DNA from: an uncultured Ignavibacteria bacterium
GTDB taxonomy: Bacteria > Zixibacteria > MSB-5A5 > RBG-16-43-9
Assembly: GCA_964570765.1 (NCBI GenBank)
Contig: CAZMZF010000010.1
Coordinates: 19,345 to 83,344, forward strand
Direction: 5' to 3'
Length of the DNA stretch: 64,000 nucleotides
Shown: positions 49,348-58,378 of the stretch, in pieces
Layout of the letters: each line of letters starts with the position of its first letter
Numbering within the stretch: the stretch's first letter is position 1
The notes under the pieces: generated by a model
Told to the model about the DNA's origin: nothing
The model's database searches: none
What the model saw: the letters and a program-made list of their open reading frames with translations, nothing else
Made by a program: the position numbers and the translations under genes

Positions 49348-50097
49348 TTGCTTGCTCTATTAACTAACGATGACGGAATTGAAGCCAAAGGTCTAAAGGC
49401 TTTAATAAAAGAGATTTCAAAAATCGCTCAGGTGTGGGTGGTTGCTCCGGACAGGGAGCAGAGTGCTACCAGCCATTCTTTAACTTTAACCCGACCTTTG
49501 AGACTTAATAAAATCACAGATAAAATCTATTCTATTGATGGGACACCTACAGATGCGGTGATGATAGCGTTTCATAAAGTTTTAAAGAAAAAGCCAGATA
49601 TTCTCATTTCCGGCATTAATTCCGGTCCTAATCTTGGAGATGACGTTACCTATTCAGGAACCGTAGCTGCCGCAATTGAAGGGACAATTTTGGGTATACC
49701 ATCAATCGCAGTTTCCATCACTGATTCCGATTTTGATAAATTTGATAATCCTGCTAAATTCGTTAAAAAACTGGCTAAGTATGTCCTTAAAAATGGACTG
49801 CCTCAGGACACTTTCTTGAATGTGAATATACCACCTCACAAATCCGCCGCAGGCGGATTAAATAAATTCAAGATCACTCGATTGGGTAGAAGGGTCTATA
49901 AAGACGTAGTAGTGGAGAAGATCGACCCACGGGGGAAAAAATATTTCTGGATAGCCGGACAGGCAATCGTGTCCGAAGGCGGCAAAGACTCAGATTTCTT
50001 AGCCATTGATAAAGGGTATATCTCCATTACTCCTTTGCATCTGGACTGGACAAATTATAAGACTATCGAGGAGATGAAAGGGTGGAGGATATTTTAA
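49348..50097 (+). CDS. surE: 5'/3'-nucleotidase SurE (TTG start)
   Basis: LLTNDDGIEAKGL N-terminal motif. SurE-like DREQSATSHSLT and GTPTD segments. Confidence 0.85.
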   Translation: MLALLTNDDGIEAKGLKALIKEISKIAQVWVVAPDREQSATSHSLTLTRPLRLNKITDKIYSIDGTPTDAVMIAFHKVLKKKPDILISGINSGPNLGDDVTYSGTVAAAIEGTILGIPSIAVSITDSDFDKFDNPAKFVKKLAKYVLKNGLPQDTFLNVNIPPHKSAAGGLNKFKITRLGRRVYKDVVVEKIDPRGKKYFWIAGQAIVSEGGKDSDFLAIDKGYISITPLHLDWTNYKTIEEMKGWRIF

Positions 50098-50436
50098 AGT
50101 TAGATGTAGCGTCCGGTCCTACGGATCCGCTTCCAGGAGTTTATCCCGGACATTACTTCGTCGGGCATAAAACCCGGCGCTACATAAAAAACCTCACCCT
50201 GTCCCCCTTCTTAGTAGAGGGACAGGAATAGACTTAAAAATAAAGATTTTTCTTGACTTTTACCTTTGAGTATCGTAAATATATATTGTCAACCATTAGG
50301 GCGCGGCTTGGCGCTGACCCGGCTGCAACTGCAGCTTAGAATGTAAGAAGGGCGAAAATCCCTTTTCCATCTGTACGGACTCCGCTCAAAGCACAAACCC
50401 TTTTCAAAAAACACTTTAACTCCAAAGGAGGAGTAA

Positions 50437-50763
50437 GTGAGTAACAACAAGCTATACGTAGGCAACCTGAGCTACATGACTGGTGAGGAGAAGCTCAGAG
50501 AAGCTTTCTCAGCCTACGGAACTATAACCTCCATCACCATAATCGAAGGAAAAGGATTCGGGTTTGTGGAGATGGAAACCGGTGAGGCAGCCCAGAGTGC
50601 CAAAGAAGCTCTGGATGGGAAAGAACTGGATGGTCGTAACATCAAGGTGGACGAAGCCCGGCCCAGGCCAAAAAGAAGCAGCGGTGGTGGCGGTGGATAT
50701 GGAGGAGGGGGTGGCAGAGGAGGAGGGGACAGGGATTTTAAGAGAAGACGACCCAGATATTAG
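50437..50763 (+). CDS. RRM-type RNA-binding protein with a Gly/Arg-rich C-terminal tail
   Basis: RNP2 (LYVGNL) and RNP1 (KGFGFVEM) motifs, then a GGGGGYGGGGGRGGG tail. GTG start with an aaggagg RBS. Confidence 0.8.
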   Translation: MSNNKLYVGNLSYMTGEEKLREAFSAYGTITSITIIEGKGFGFVEMETGEAAQSAKEALDGKELDGRNIKVDEARPRPKRSSGGGGGYGGGGGRGGGDRDFKRRRPRY

Positions 50764-50944
50764 CTCTGATAAGAAAAGGGTCGGTCTGCTTTAAGCAGAC
50801 CGACCCTTATAGTTTACTGAGTATTGTAGTTGCTCGATTCATCGAGCAAAAAATAGCACAAAAAATGAGTAATCGGTAATCCCGCCTTGCCCACAAGGCG
50901 GGAGTTTTTAACATCTGTTTTTGTCAAATTGATGAGAGGAAGTT

Positions 50945-51100
50945 ATGCCTTTTTCTGAAGAAAGATGGATGGAAATTGCCCGGGTCAGAGGATTGAAAGA
51001 AGTAAGGGTTAAATTAATTGAGAAAATAGGTAAATGCCCTCACGAAGAAGGGGAGGTTTTCATATATGTTCATCCTAATTGCAGACCTGATCCGCCTTAG
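50945..51100 (+). CDS. Possible small protein (51 aa), hypothetical
   Basis: ATG preceded by a strong RBS (gagaggaagtt). It is shorter than the ORF-track cutoff, has no assignable family, and ends inside a REP-like hairpin. Confidence 0.3.
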   Translation: MPFSEERWMEIARVRGLKEVRVKLIEKIGKCPHEEGEVFIYVHPNCRPDPP

Positions 51101-51398
51101 GCGGACTGTGGAGTAGCCGCTATTGCGCTATAGCCTTTTGTTCAACGCTGTTCAGCCCGGGTCCCATCCTGGGAGAAAGACGACCCGAATACATATCGCA
51201 TTCACTGTCCTTCAAAGAAAGGGACCATCTGGGAGATAAGAAGGGTAAAGGAAAAATAAGTTTTTACTCTATAGGAGTATAGAAGTGCATTGACCATGTC
51301 AGTGTTTTGTAGTTTGTAGGGATAGAATCCGCCTGAGGTGGATTCTGTCCTTACAATCTGAATATGCCATTTTACTTTTAAATAAAACTATTTTTCTA

Positions 51399-51430
51399 TT
51401 GACATTCTTCAAAAAAAATATAAGATAGAT
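51399..51430 (+). promoter_or_regulatory. Candidate sigma-70 promoter for tRNA-Pro(CGG)
   Basis: TTGACA at 51399, a 17 nt spacer, then TAAGAT, about 15 nt before the tRNA start. Confidence 0.4.
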
Positions 51431-51447
51431 AGGTCAAGAAGATGGAG

Positions 51448-51521
51448 CGGGGCGTGGCTCAGCCTGGTAGAGCACTTGGTTCGGGACCAAGGTGTCGTCC
51501 GTTCAAATCGGACCGCCCCGA
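51448..51521 (+). tRNA. tRNA-Pro (anticodon CGG)
   Basis: CGGGGCG acceptor, anticodon loop TTCGGGA, T-arm GTCGTCCGTTCAAATCGGACC, and CGCCCCG+A. Confidence 0.8.
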
Positions 51522-51567
51522 AAAAAATAATTTTAAAAAACGATCTGGGGTAAAAGGGAGTTGTTAT

Positions 51568-52068
51568 ATGAAAGCAAAAGAAGTGAAGAAAGAAGTGAAG
51601 GAGGAAGGAAAAAAGGTTTTCATTGGAGTAATCGGTGCGGGTACCTGTTCCAAGAAAATCCATAGTACCGCAGTTGATGTAGGGAAATATATCGCCAAAG
51701 CAGGAGCGATCTTAGTTTGTGGCGGGTTAGGTGGAGTAATGGAAGGCGCAGCTCAGGGAGCTAAGGAAAATGGAGGGACAACCATAGGAATAATTCCTGG
51801 CGAAAACAAGGAAGAAGCTAATCCCTATATCGATTTTCCAATTGTAACCGGTTTTGGCGAAGGAAGGAATTTGATGGTGATTCGTAGTTCTGATGTTATC
51901 ATCGCTTTGCCTGGTAAGTATGGTACACTGTCTGAGTTAGCCTTCTGCCTTAAATTAGGTAAACCGGTAATCAGCATAAGCACCTGGGATGTCTCAGAGA
52001 GAATAATTAAAGCCAAAGATCCTAAAGAGGCAGTTAAGTTAGCCTTAGAACAAATCAAGTTGAAATGA
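51568..52068 (+). CDS. LOG/TIGR00725-family Rossmann-fold nucleotide-binding protein. The start was moved to the ATG at 51568 because the ORF-track start overlaps the tRNA.
   Basis: agggag RBS. VIGAG...GGLGGVMEGAAQGA...PGE.. motifs typical of the LOG/SLOG fold. Confidence 0.6.
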   Translation: MKAKEVKKEVKEEGKKVFIGVIGAGTCSKKIHSTAVDVGKYIAKAGAILVCGGLGGVMEGAAQGAKENGGTTIGIIPGENKEEANPYIDFPIVTGFGEGRNLMVIRSSDVIIALPGKYGTLSELAFCLKLGKPVISISTWDVSERIIKAKDPKEAVKLALEQIKLK

Positions 52069-52349
52069 GCCCGGATAAGGTTGCGGCATATATAATTGTC
52101 TCAGGAATAGTTCAAGGCGTAGGATATCGCTATTTTGTCTATCGCAAGGCAGGAGAATACAATCTTAAAGGTTATGTAAGAAACCTGTATAACGAAGATG
52201 TCGAAATAGAGGTTGAAGGTGACAAGGGGATGATACTGGATTTTATCAAGGATTTGAAAATGGGTCCACGCTCGGCCCATGTTACTGGAGTAAATATCGA
52301 ATGGCTGGATCATAAGAACAATTACACTGATTTTCAGATAAGATTTTGA
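52065..52349 (+). CDS. acyP: Acylphosphatase
   Basis: The VSGIVQGVGYRYF signature and the expected length of about 94 aa. Confidence 0.8.
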   Translation: MSPDKVAAYIIVSGIVQGVGYRYFVYRKAGEYNLKGYVRNLYNEDVEIEVEGDKGMILDFIKDLKMGPRSAHVTGVNIEWLDHKNNYTDFQIRF

Positions 52350-52371
52350 GAAGTTCTTAAAAGGAGAAAAG

Positions 52372-52899
52372 ATGGCTCAAGATTTAAAAAGGCTAATCAG
52401 AAATGTCAAAGATTACCCAAAACCGGGAGTAGTATTCAGGGATATCACTACTTTGCTTAAGAATGGAAAAGCATTTAAACGTGTTGTGGACCTATTATAT
52501 AAAAAATATAAAGAGAAAAAAATCGATCTTATAGCTGCAGTGGAATCCAGAGGATTTATCTTGGGAGGAGCCTTAGCTAACCGAATGGGAGTGGGTTTTA
52601 TCCCCGTTCGAAAATTTGGAAAACTACCAGCAGATCGAATTGAAGAAAAATATGACCTGGAATACGGTACCGATACACTGGAAATTCATCGGGATGCAGT
52701 AAAGAAGGGTCAGAAAGTTCTGATCGTGGATGACCTTTTAGCCACAGGTGGAACCCTCCAGGCTACTTGCAAGCTCATAGAAAAATTAGGAGGAAGGGTA
52801 GCTGGTATTCTGGTATTGATCGAGTTGTCCTTCCTTAAAGGAAGGGAAAAACTCAAAAGCTATGACCTTTTTTCATTAATCAAATATTATAAGGAGTGA
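52372..52899 (+). CDS. apt: Adenine phosphoribosyltransferase
   Basis: PRPP-binding motif VLIVDDLLATGGT. N-terminal YPKPGVVFRDIT. Confidence 0.85.
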   Translation: MAQDLKRLIRNVKDYPKPGVVFRDITTLLKNGKAFKRVVDLLYKKYKEKKIDLIAAVESRGFILGGALANRMGVGFIPVRKFGKLPADRIEEKYDLEYGTDTLEIHRDAVKKGQKVLIVDDLLATGGTLQATCKLIEKLGGRVAGILVLIELSFLKGREKLKSYDLFSLIKYYKE

Positions 52900-52977
52900 A
52901 ATATAAGTCATAAGATATTTTGGGGAAGGGGGAAGGGACTAATCACCAATCACTATTCACTAATCACTGCCTTTTCC

Positions 52978-53052
52978 GCCCCCGTAGCTCAGTTTGGATA
53001 GAGCAGCAGTTTCCTAAACTGTTGGCCGCCCGTTCAAGTCGGGCCGGGGGTA
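52978..53052 (+). tRNA. tRNA-Arg (anticodon CCT)
   Basis: GCCCCCG/TA/GCTCAGTTTGGATAGAGC/A/GCAGTTTCCTAAACTGT/TGGCC/GCCCGTTCAAGTCGGGC/CGGGGGT+A. Confidence 0.75.
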
Positions 53053-53178
53053 GGAATACAGTTTGAAGTTTGGAGTTTGAAGAAAAAGAGAAGAAAATTA
53101 AAAAAATGCTTGCCAAAAGAAAAACAGGTTTATATATTAAAACTTAAATTGTGAGGTGAACTAAAAACTCAAAAAGGA

Positions 53179-54633
53179 GTGAGCCAGATGAAGTTAAAAC
53201 TAACCCTTACAATCGGTTTGCTGGTCCTGGTCTTTGTCAACCTGGGATATCCTCAGGTTACAGTAACCAGAAACATTCTTGATTACAATTTCTTAGGAGG
53301 AGGAGCCAGGGCAAGAGCAATGGGAGGAGCTTTTTTTGCTGTATCAGATGATCCCTCTGCCGCAAGCTGGAACCCAGCCGGCTTGGTCCAGTTAGACAAA
53401 TACCAGATGGGTGCTACTCTTTATTTTCTTAATCCCAAGCTGGAATATACCACCCGCTATGATTTGCCAACCTCACCAACTTTTCAGAACTCTTTAAAAC
53501 AGAGCAAATCCTCAATCTCTTTTGGCAGTGTGGTCATCCCCTTTAAACTTTTTGAAAAGGAGCTAGTGGGGAGTGTTCTCTATAACCGAGCTTCAGATAT
53601 TTATGATAAACGTGTATATAATTATTTAGGTGTTTATACTTTTGTGGACACAGTTGGAAATGAAGTGTATGAGGACTCTTATAGAATCTGGGATAAAACT
53701 GAAGAAGTAAAAGGAGGACTTGATGTATTAGTTCTTTCTCTGGGAGGTAAAGCCTATAAAGAACTATCTTTTGGACTGGGTATAAATGTCTATACTGGGA
53801 GCTATGAGTATAACTCTGAACAGCAGATCGATCTTAGCTGGGGTGCTGCTTCTGCTTCCGACACTTCGATCGTTTACCGACCGTTTATAAAGGGAAGTTA
53901 TTCTGGTGTGAATTTTACCTTAGGCACTATGTATAAATATCAGGATTTAAGAGTTGGTGCAGTTGTAAAAACTCCTTTTAAACTAAAAGAGAAAGATGAT
54001 GTCCAATATTTGTATGATTTTGTAGTCGACGAAGTGGTTAATCCTTATTCATACCAAAGTGGAGTAATCTGGCCAGTTGAATACAAACAGAAATGGGAAA
54101 TCCCTCTTATGATTGGATTCGGAGCTTCATACCAGATAAAAGGACTCACCTTAGCAGGTGATGTAGAATTGAGGGATTTCAGTAGTTCAAAGTTAATCTT
54201 CCCTAAAAAATGGTTCGACCCTAATTCACCTGATACCTCTATGGCTTTGGATTGGAATTCCTTAACTCAATTCAGAATCGGAGGAGAATATCTTTTTCAT
54301 AGCAAATATGGGACCATCCCAATAAGAGCGGGTTTTAGAAACGATCCTAAGGTGTTTTCAGATTTGAAGAACGTAGAAATAGACTTCCCTTCTTCCATTA
54401 CTGGAAAAGACGAAATAACCATAATCAATCAGGAGAACGGAGATAAAGTCTCAGGGAACACCATCTCTTTGGGAACCGGAATAGGCTGGAAACAGATAAA
54501 ACTTGATTTTACTTATGAGTTAAGCCAGTATAAGACCGAGATGAGTGGTTATATTTTGGGAGAACCTTTTAACATTAATAACATCGAGAAAAAAGACAAT
54601 CGATTTCTGGTGAACTTCACCGGTTTCTTCTAA
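53179..54633 (+). CDS. FadL/PorV-family outer membrane beta-barrel protein (possible PorV-like T9SS shuttle)
   Basis: Signal peptide. N-terminal GARARAMGGAFFAVSDDPSAASWNPAGL motif characteristic of the FadL/PorV family. The C-terminus ends in aromatic FF. Confidence 0.5.
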   Translation: MSQMKLKLTLTIGLLVLVFVNLGYPQVTVTRNILDYNFLGGGARARAMGGAFFAVSDDPSAASWNPAGLVQLDKYQMGATLYFLNPKLEYTTRYDLPTSPTFQNSLKQSKSSISFGSVVIPFKLFEKELVGSVLYNRASDIYDKRVYNYLGVYTFVDTVGNEVYEDSYRIWDKTEEVKGGLDVLVLSLGGKAYKELSFGLGINVYTGSYEYNSEQQIDLSWGAASASDTSIVYRPFIKGSYSGVNFTLGTMYKYQDLRVGAVVKTPFKLKEKDDVQYLYDFVVDEVVNPYSYQSGVIWPVEYKQKWEIPLMIGFGASYQIKGLTLAGDVELRDFSSSKLIFPKKWFDPNSPDTSMALDWNSLTQFRIGGEYLFHSKYGTIPIRAGFRNDPKVFSDLKNVEIDFPSSITGKDEITIINQENGDKVSGNTISLGTGIGWKQIKLDFTYELSQYKTEMSGYILGEPFNINNIEKKDNRFLVNFTGFF

Positions 54634-54763
54634 TCTTTGAAAGAGCTTAACAGAGGCGAAGTTCAAAAAGAGCTTCGCCTTTTTTGTAAAAGGCTTGATT
54701 AGTTATGAAATTTTATTAAATTGATTTATTGTTGTTGCTTGATTCATCGAGCAAGCTCTTTTT

Positions 54764-54841
54764 GTCATTCTGAGGGAGTCCCGCATTTTGCGGGACGACC
54801 AAAGAATCCGTAGATTTTTCGCCCTATGGACTCAGAATGAC
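54764..54841. repeat. Repeat family A, copy 4
   Basis: GTCATTCTGAGGGAGTCCCGCATTTTGCGGGACGACCAAAGAATCCGTAGA...GCCCTATGGACTCAGAATGAC. Confidence 0.6.
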
Positions 54842-54893
54842 ACTCAGCCATATTTGACAGCTACAGAAAAAGAACGATTTTTATCAGGAGTGA

Positions 54894-55586
54894 ATGACTA
54901 TGAGCCCTAAAAAAGTAAAGATAACCAAACACCAGATGAAAGAGGACAAGCTGGTTACTACCACTTTCCAATTCACCCAATATATCCAGAAACATTCCAG
55001 GAAGTTTTTGATAGCCGGTGCAGGGGTGGTAGTTGTGATATTGATAGCGATATTTTTTATTTCATCTAATAGGGTACGCAATCAAAAAGCCTTAGAGCTA
55101 TTAGGAAAAGCCAGGGTAGAACTTGAGGCAGGAGAGTTTCAACAAGCTACTACAGACCTGCAAACTATCTGGAGAAATTATGGTGGAACCAAAGCAGGCC
55201 AGGAGGCTTTATATCTATTAGGAAACGCTCTTTATTATAACCGGGATTATGATCAAGCATTACGGCATTTTCAAGACTTTGTCAATAAATATCCTAAAGC
55301 TGACCTGCTCCTTTTATCCGGAGCTTATTCCGGCATAGGGGATTGCCATATGCAGATAAAAGAATATTCCCAATCAGCCGAAGACTACCTCAAGGCCGCG
55401 GACAAAAATCCGGACGATTTTGTCGTTCCAAATCTATTACTGTTGTCTGCTCAGGCTTACTCTTATGCTAATCAACCTGACAAAGCCAAAGAGATCTATA
55501 AGAGAATAATCCAGAAATATCCTGATTCCAAGACTGTATTTCAAGCCCGTTTAGAGTTAGCAGAGCTCACTGCCAAGAAGAGTTAA
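54894..55586 (+). CDS. TPR-repeat protein with an N-terminal membrane anchor
   Basis: Single TM followed by about 4 TPR-like helical repeats. Confidence 0.6.
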   Translation: MTMSPKKVKITKHQMKEDKLVTTTFQFTQYIQKHSRKFLIAGAGVVVVILIAIFFISSNRVRNQKALELLGKARVELEAGEFQQATTDLQTIWRNYGGTKAGQEALYLLGNALYYNRDYDQALRHFQDFVNKYPKADLLLLSGAYSGIGDCHMQIKEYSQSAEDYLKAADKNPDDFVVPNLLLLSAQAYSYANQPDKAKEIYKRIIQKYPDSKTVFQARLELAELTAKKS

Positions 55587-55589
55587 AAA

Positions 55590-57833
55590 GTGAACGATAC
55601 TATGAATGGAAATTCGGAAAAACCATTGAAAGTCGCCTTTATCTGGCATATGCATCAGCCTTATTATAAGGAGATCAAGACCAATCGCTATCTTCTGCCC
55701 TGGGTTAGATTGCATGCTTTAAAAGATTATTATGATATGGTAGCTATCCTTGATAACTACCCTAAAATCTCGCAGACTTTCAATCTGGTCCCTTCATTAA
55801 TTGAACAGATTCAGGATTATGCATCTCAATCAGTCTATGACCGGCATCTACTTTTAACTGAGAAACGGGCGGATGAGCTTACTGATGAAGAAAGATTAGA
55901 GGTGATCAGAGATTTCTTCATGGGTAACCAGGTAACTATGATCAAACCCTACCCCCGCTTTTATCAACTTTTTCTCAAAAGGGGAGAAGACCCTGAAAAG
56001 TTCAATCAAGCGGTTCAAAAATTCACTCAGCAGGATCTTCTTGATTTACAGGTCTGGTCAAATTTAACCTGGTTTGATCCGATCTTCAGAAAAGACAAAG
56101 AATTAGTACCTTTGTTCAAAAAGAAGGAGAATTTTACTGAAGAAGATAAAAAAGGGATGCTTTCCAAACAGAAAAATATAATTCGTTCAGTTCTTCCCAA
56201 GTATAAGGAGCTAAGAGATAAAGGTCAGATAGAAATATCTATTTCCCCTTGTTATCATCCTATTTTGCCTTTACTCTGCGATACCGATATATCCAAGGTA
56301 TCCCAGCCTAACCTAATTTTACCTCATAGAAAATTTAATCATCCTGAAGATGCCATAGCTCAGGTAAATTGTGGAATCGAGATTTATGAGCAGGTTTTTG
56401 GAGGAAAACCCAGAGGAATGTGGCCCTCAGAGGGAGGGGTAAGTGAAGACATTATCCCCATTATGGCTCAAGCAGGTATTGAATGGTCTGCTACAGATGA
56501 AGAGATTCTATATTTAAGTCTTGGAGTCACAGATGCTTCCAACCATAATAAAATCAAACTGTTATATAAACCGTACGAAGTAACAGTTAAAGGGAATAAA
56601 GTGGTTTTCTTTTTCAGAGATCATCTCCTTTCAGACTTAATCGGATTCGTCTATTCACACTGGGATCCAAAGAAAGCCGCAGATGATTTTATTAAAAGGC
56701 TCCTGGAAATCAGAAAGAGCCTCAAGGATGAGGAGTTAAATGATTTCCTGGTAAGCATTATACTGGATGGGGAGAATTGCTGGGAATATTATAAAAACGA
56801 TGGTTCGGATTTCCTCAATGCTCTCTACTCAGGGCTTTCAGACGAAAATTTAATTCAAACAATTACGGTAAGCAAATTTTTAGGAGCTAAGCCCGGCATA
56901 GCTGTTGAGGCTCAGGTAAAATCCAAACTCACCAAACTCTATCCTGGTTCCTGGATTGATCATAACTTTAAAATCTGGATTGGTGAACAACCCGATAATT
57001 TAGCCTGGGACCTGCTAAAAGATGCCAGGGATAGATTATCTAATTTTTCCAATTTAGGATCAATAGAACAAGAAGGTAAAGATAAGAGAATATCAGAAGA
57101 AAAGTTAAAAGCCGCCTGGAAGGAAATCTATGTGGCTGAGGGAAGCGATTGGTGCTGGTGGTATGGTAGTGAACATTCAGGTCCGGGCAGTGAGCTTTTT
57201 GACCTGCTTTTCCGTTCCCATCTCCTCTCAGTCTATGAATTAATAGGCTTAGAACCACCGGAAACACTCTTTAATTCTTTAAGAGCTGGTGTCAGGATAT
57301 TAGCTATCCAAGAGCCGGTAAGCCTTATCACCCCAACCCTGGATGGGAAAATAACCCATTATTATGAATGGGAAGGAGCAGGCGTTCTTGATTGTGTTAA
57401 ACTCAGCGGGGTAATTAAAAGAGCAGTTAGCGTGGTGAAACAAATCCATTTTGGTCACGATTCAGATAACCTTTATCTGAGAATAGACACTGTTCTTCCC
57501 ATCGAAAAATATTTCTCTGAGAATTATCAATTTGAATTGGAGATTTTAATACCAGCACGTTTTAAAATCTCTGTTTCCAAAGAAAAAGCCAGTTTTAATA
57601 AATATATTCCAGAAAAAAAACAGTGGATAGAGGCTCCCGTTCCAGTTATTTATCAATTCTCAAAAGTGCTTGAACTTTCTTTGCCCCTTAAAACCTTTGA
57701 GTCGGGAAAAGAGAAAGGGTTTCAATTCAGGTTAATAGTCTTAAAGGGTAAGGATGAGGTAGAAAGATGCCCGGAGATCGACCTTATAAAATTTAACCTT
57801 TTGCAAGAAGACAAAAGCCCTATTTACTGGTAA
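55590..57833 (+). CDS. Glycoside hydrolase family 57 protein (alpha-amylase / glucan-branching-like)
   Basis: N-terminal FIWHMHQPYY GH57 signature. Catalytic region with a WxSEG-type Glu. Long C-terminal extension. Confidence 0.8.
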   Translation: MNDTMNGNSEKPLKVAFIWHMHQPYYKEIKTNRYLLPWVRLHALKDYYDMVAILDNYPKISQTFNLVPSLIEQIQDYASQSVYDRHLLLTEKRADELTDEERLEVIRDFFMGNQVTMIKPYPRFYQLFLKRGEDPEKFNQAVQKFTQQDLLDLQVWSNLTWFDPIFRKDKELVPLFKKKENFTEEDKKGMLSKQKNIIRSVLPKYKELRDKGQIEISISPCYHPILPLLCDTDISKVSQPNLILPHRKFNHPEDAIAQVNCGIEIYEQVFGGKPRGMWPSEGGVSEDIIPIMAQAGIEWSATDEEILYLSLGVTDASNHNKIKLLYKPYEVTVKGNKVVFFFRDHLLSDLIGFVYSHWDPKKAADDFIKRLLEIRKSLKDEELNDFLVSIILDGENCWEYYKNDGSDFLNALYSGLSDENLIQTITVSKFLGAKPGIAVEAQVKSKLTKLYPGSWIDHNFKIWIGEQPDNLAWDLLKDARDRLSNFSNLGSIEQEGKDKRISEEKLKAAWKEIYVAEGSDWCWWYGSEHSGPGSELFDLLFRSHLLSVYELIGLEPPETLFNSLRAGVRILAIQEPVSLITPTLDGKITHYYEWEGAGVLDCVKLSGVIKRAVSVVKQIHFGHDSDNLYLRIDTVLPIEKYFSENYQFELEILIPARFKISVSKEKASFNKYIPEKKQWIEAPVPVIYQFSKVLELSLPLKTFESGKEKGFQFRLIVLKGKDEVERCPEIDLIKFNLLQEDKSPIYW

Positions 57834-57844
57834 GCAAAGTTTTT

Positions 57845-57883
57845 GTAGGGACAGAATCCGCCTGAGGCGGATTCTGTCCCTAC
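57845..57883. repeat. REP-like perfect hairpin, family C (GTAGGGACAGAATCCGCC-TGAG-GGCGGATTCTGTCCCTAC)
   Basis: Related copies lie at 51316..51354 and 31748..31786. Variants GTAGGGACAGAACATTGTTCTGTCCTWAC lie at 30311..30349 and 62899..62926. Confidence 0.6.
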
Positions 57884-57904
57884 AAATCCTAAAAGGTATA
57901 AAAC

Positions 57905-58273
57905 ATGGATGAGTTAGAAAAAAACAAGGAAGAAGAAGAAAAGAAAAATAGTTCTGCTCAATCTGAAGAGGAACTCATCCAGGAGGGAAAAGCAGCCGCT
58001 ATCCTGGGCTATATACCTTTTATGTGCTTTGTGCCCCTGGTTAAGATGAAAGATAATCCTTTTGCGGTTAAACATGGAAAGCAGGGACTAATCCTTTTCT
58101 TTTTAGAGATAATTGCAGCAGTATTTCTTTTACCTAAGATTAGTCAGCTTTTCTGGGGAATGGTAATAATCCTCTGTTTAGTTTCAGCTCTGGCCGGCAT
58201 ACTGAATGCTGTGCAGGGAAAGGAATGGAAAATACCTTTTATCGGCGAATTAGGAGATAGGCTAAAACTCTAA
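57905..58273 (+). CDS. Small membrane protein, DUF4870-like
   Basis: Acidic N-terminus followed by 2-3 TM helices (AAILGYIPFMCFVPLV...). Confidence 0.4.
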   Translation: MDELEKNKEEEEKKNSSAQSEEELIQEGKAAAILGYIPFMCFVPLVKMKDNPFAVKHGKQGLILFFLEIIAAVFLLPKISQLFWGMVIILCLVSALAGILNAVQGKEWKIPFIGELGDRLKL

Positions 58274-58378
58274 GTTTTTCAGCTCTCAGCTGGTGTCCTC
58301 ATCAGCGAATACAAAGTCGAACTAGGGACGACCAGCTGAAGGCGTCTCACAACAAACTTTTTACGAGGGCTAAAATAC

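Noticed and set aside
51101-51300. A possible SRP, 6S or tmRNA gene in the gap before tRNA-Pro(CGG).
   Set aside because: I could not find any of the conserved signatures of 4.5S RNA (GGAAGGAAGCAGC), tmRNA ends or an RNase P core. It is left only as an unexplained non-coding stretch.
51442-51567. The 5' extension of the LOG-like ORF, overlapping tRNA-Pro(CGG).
   Set aside because: The predicted N-terminus is the translated tRNA. An internal ATG at 51568 with an agggag RBS is the plausible start.
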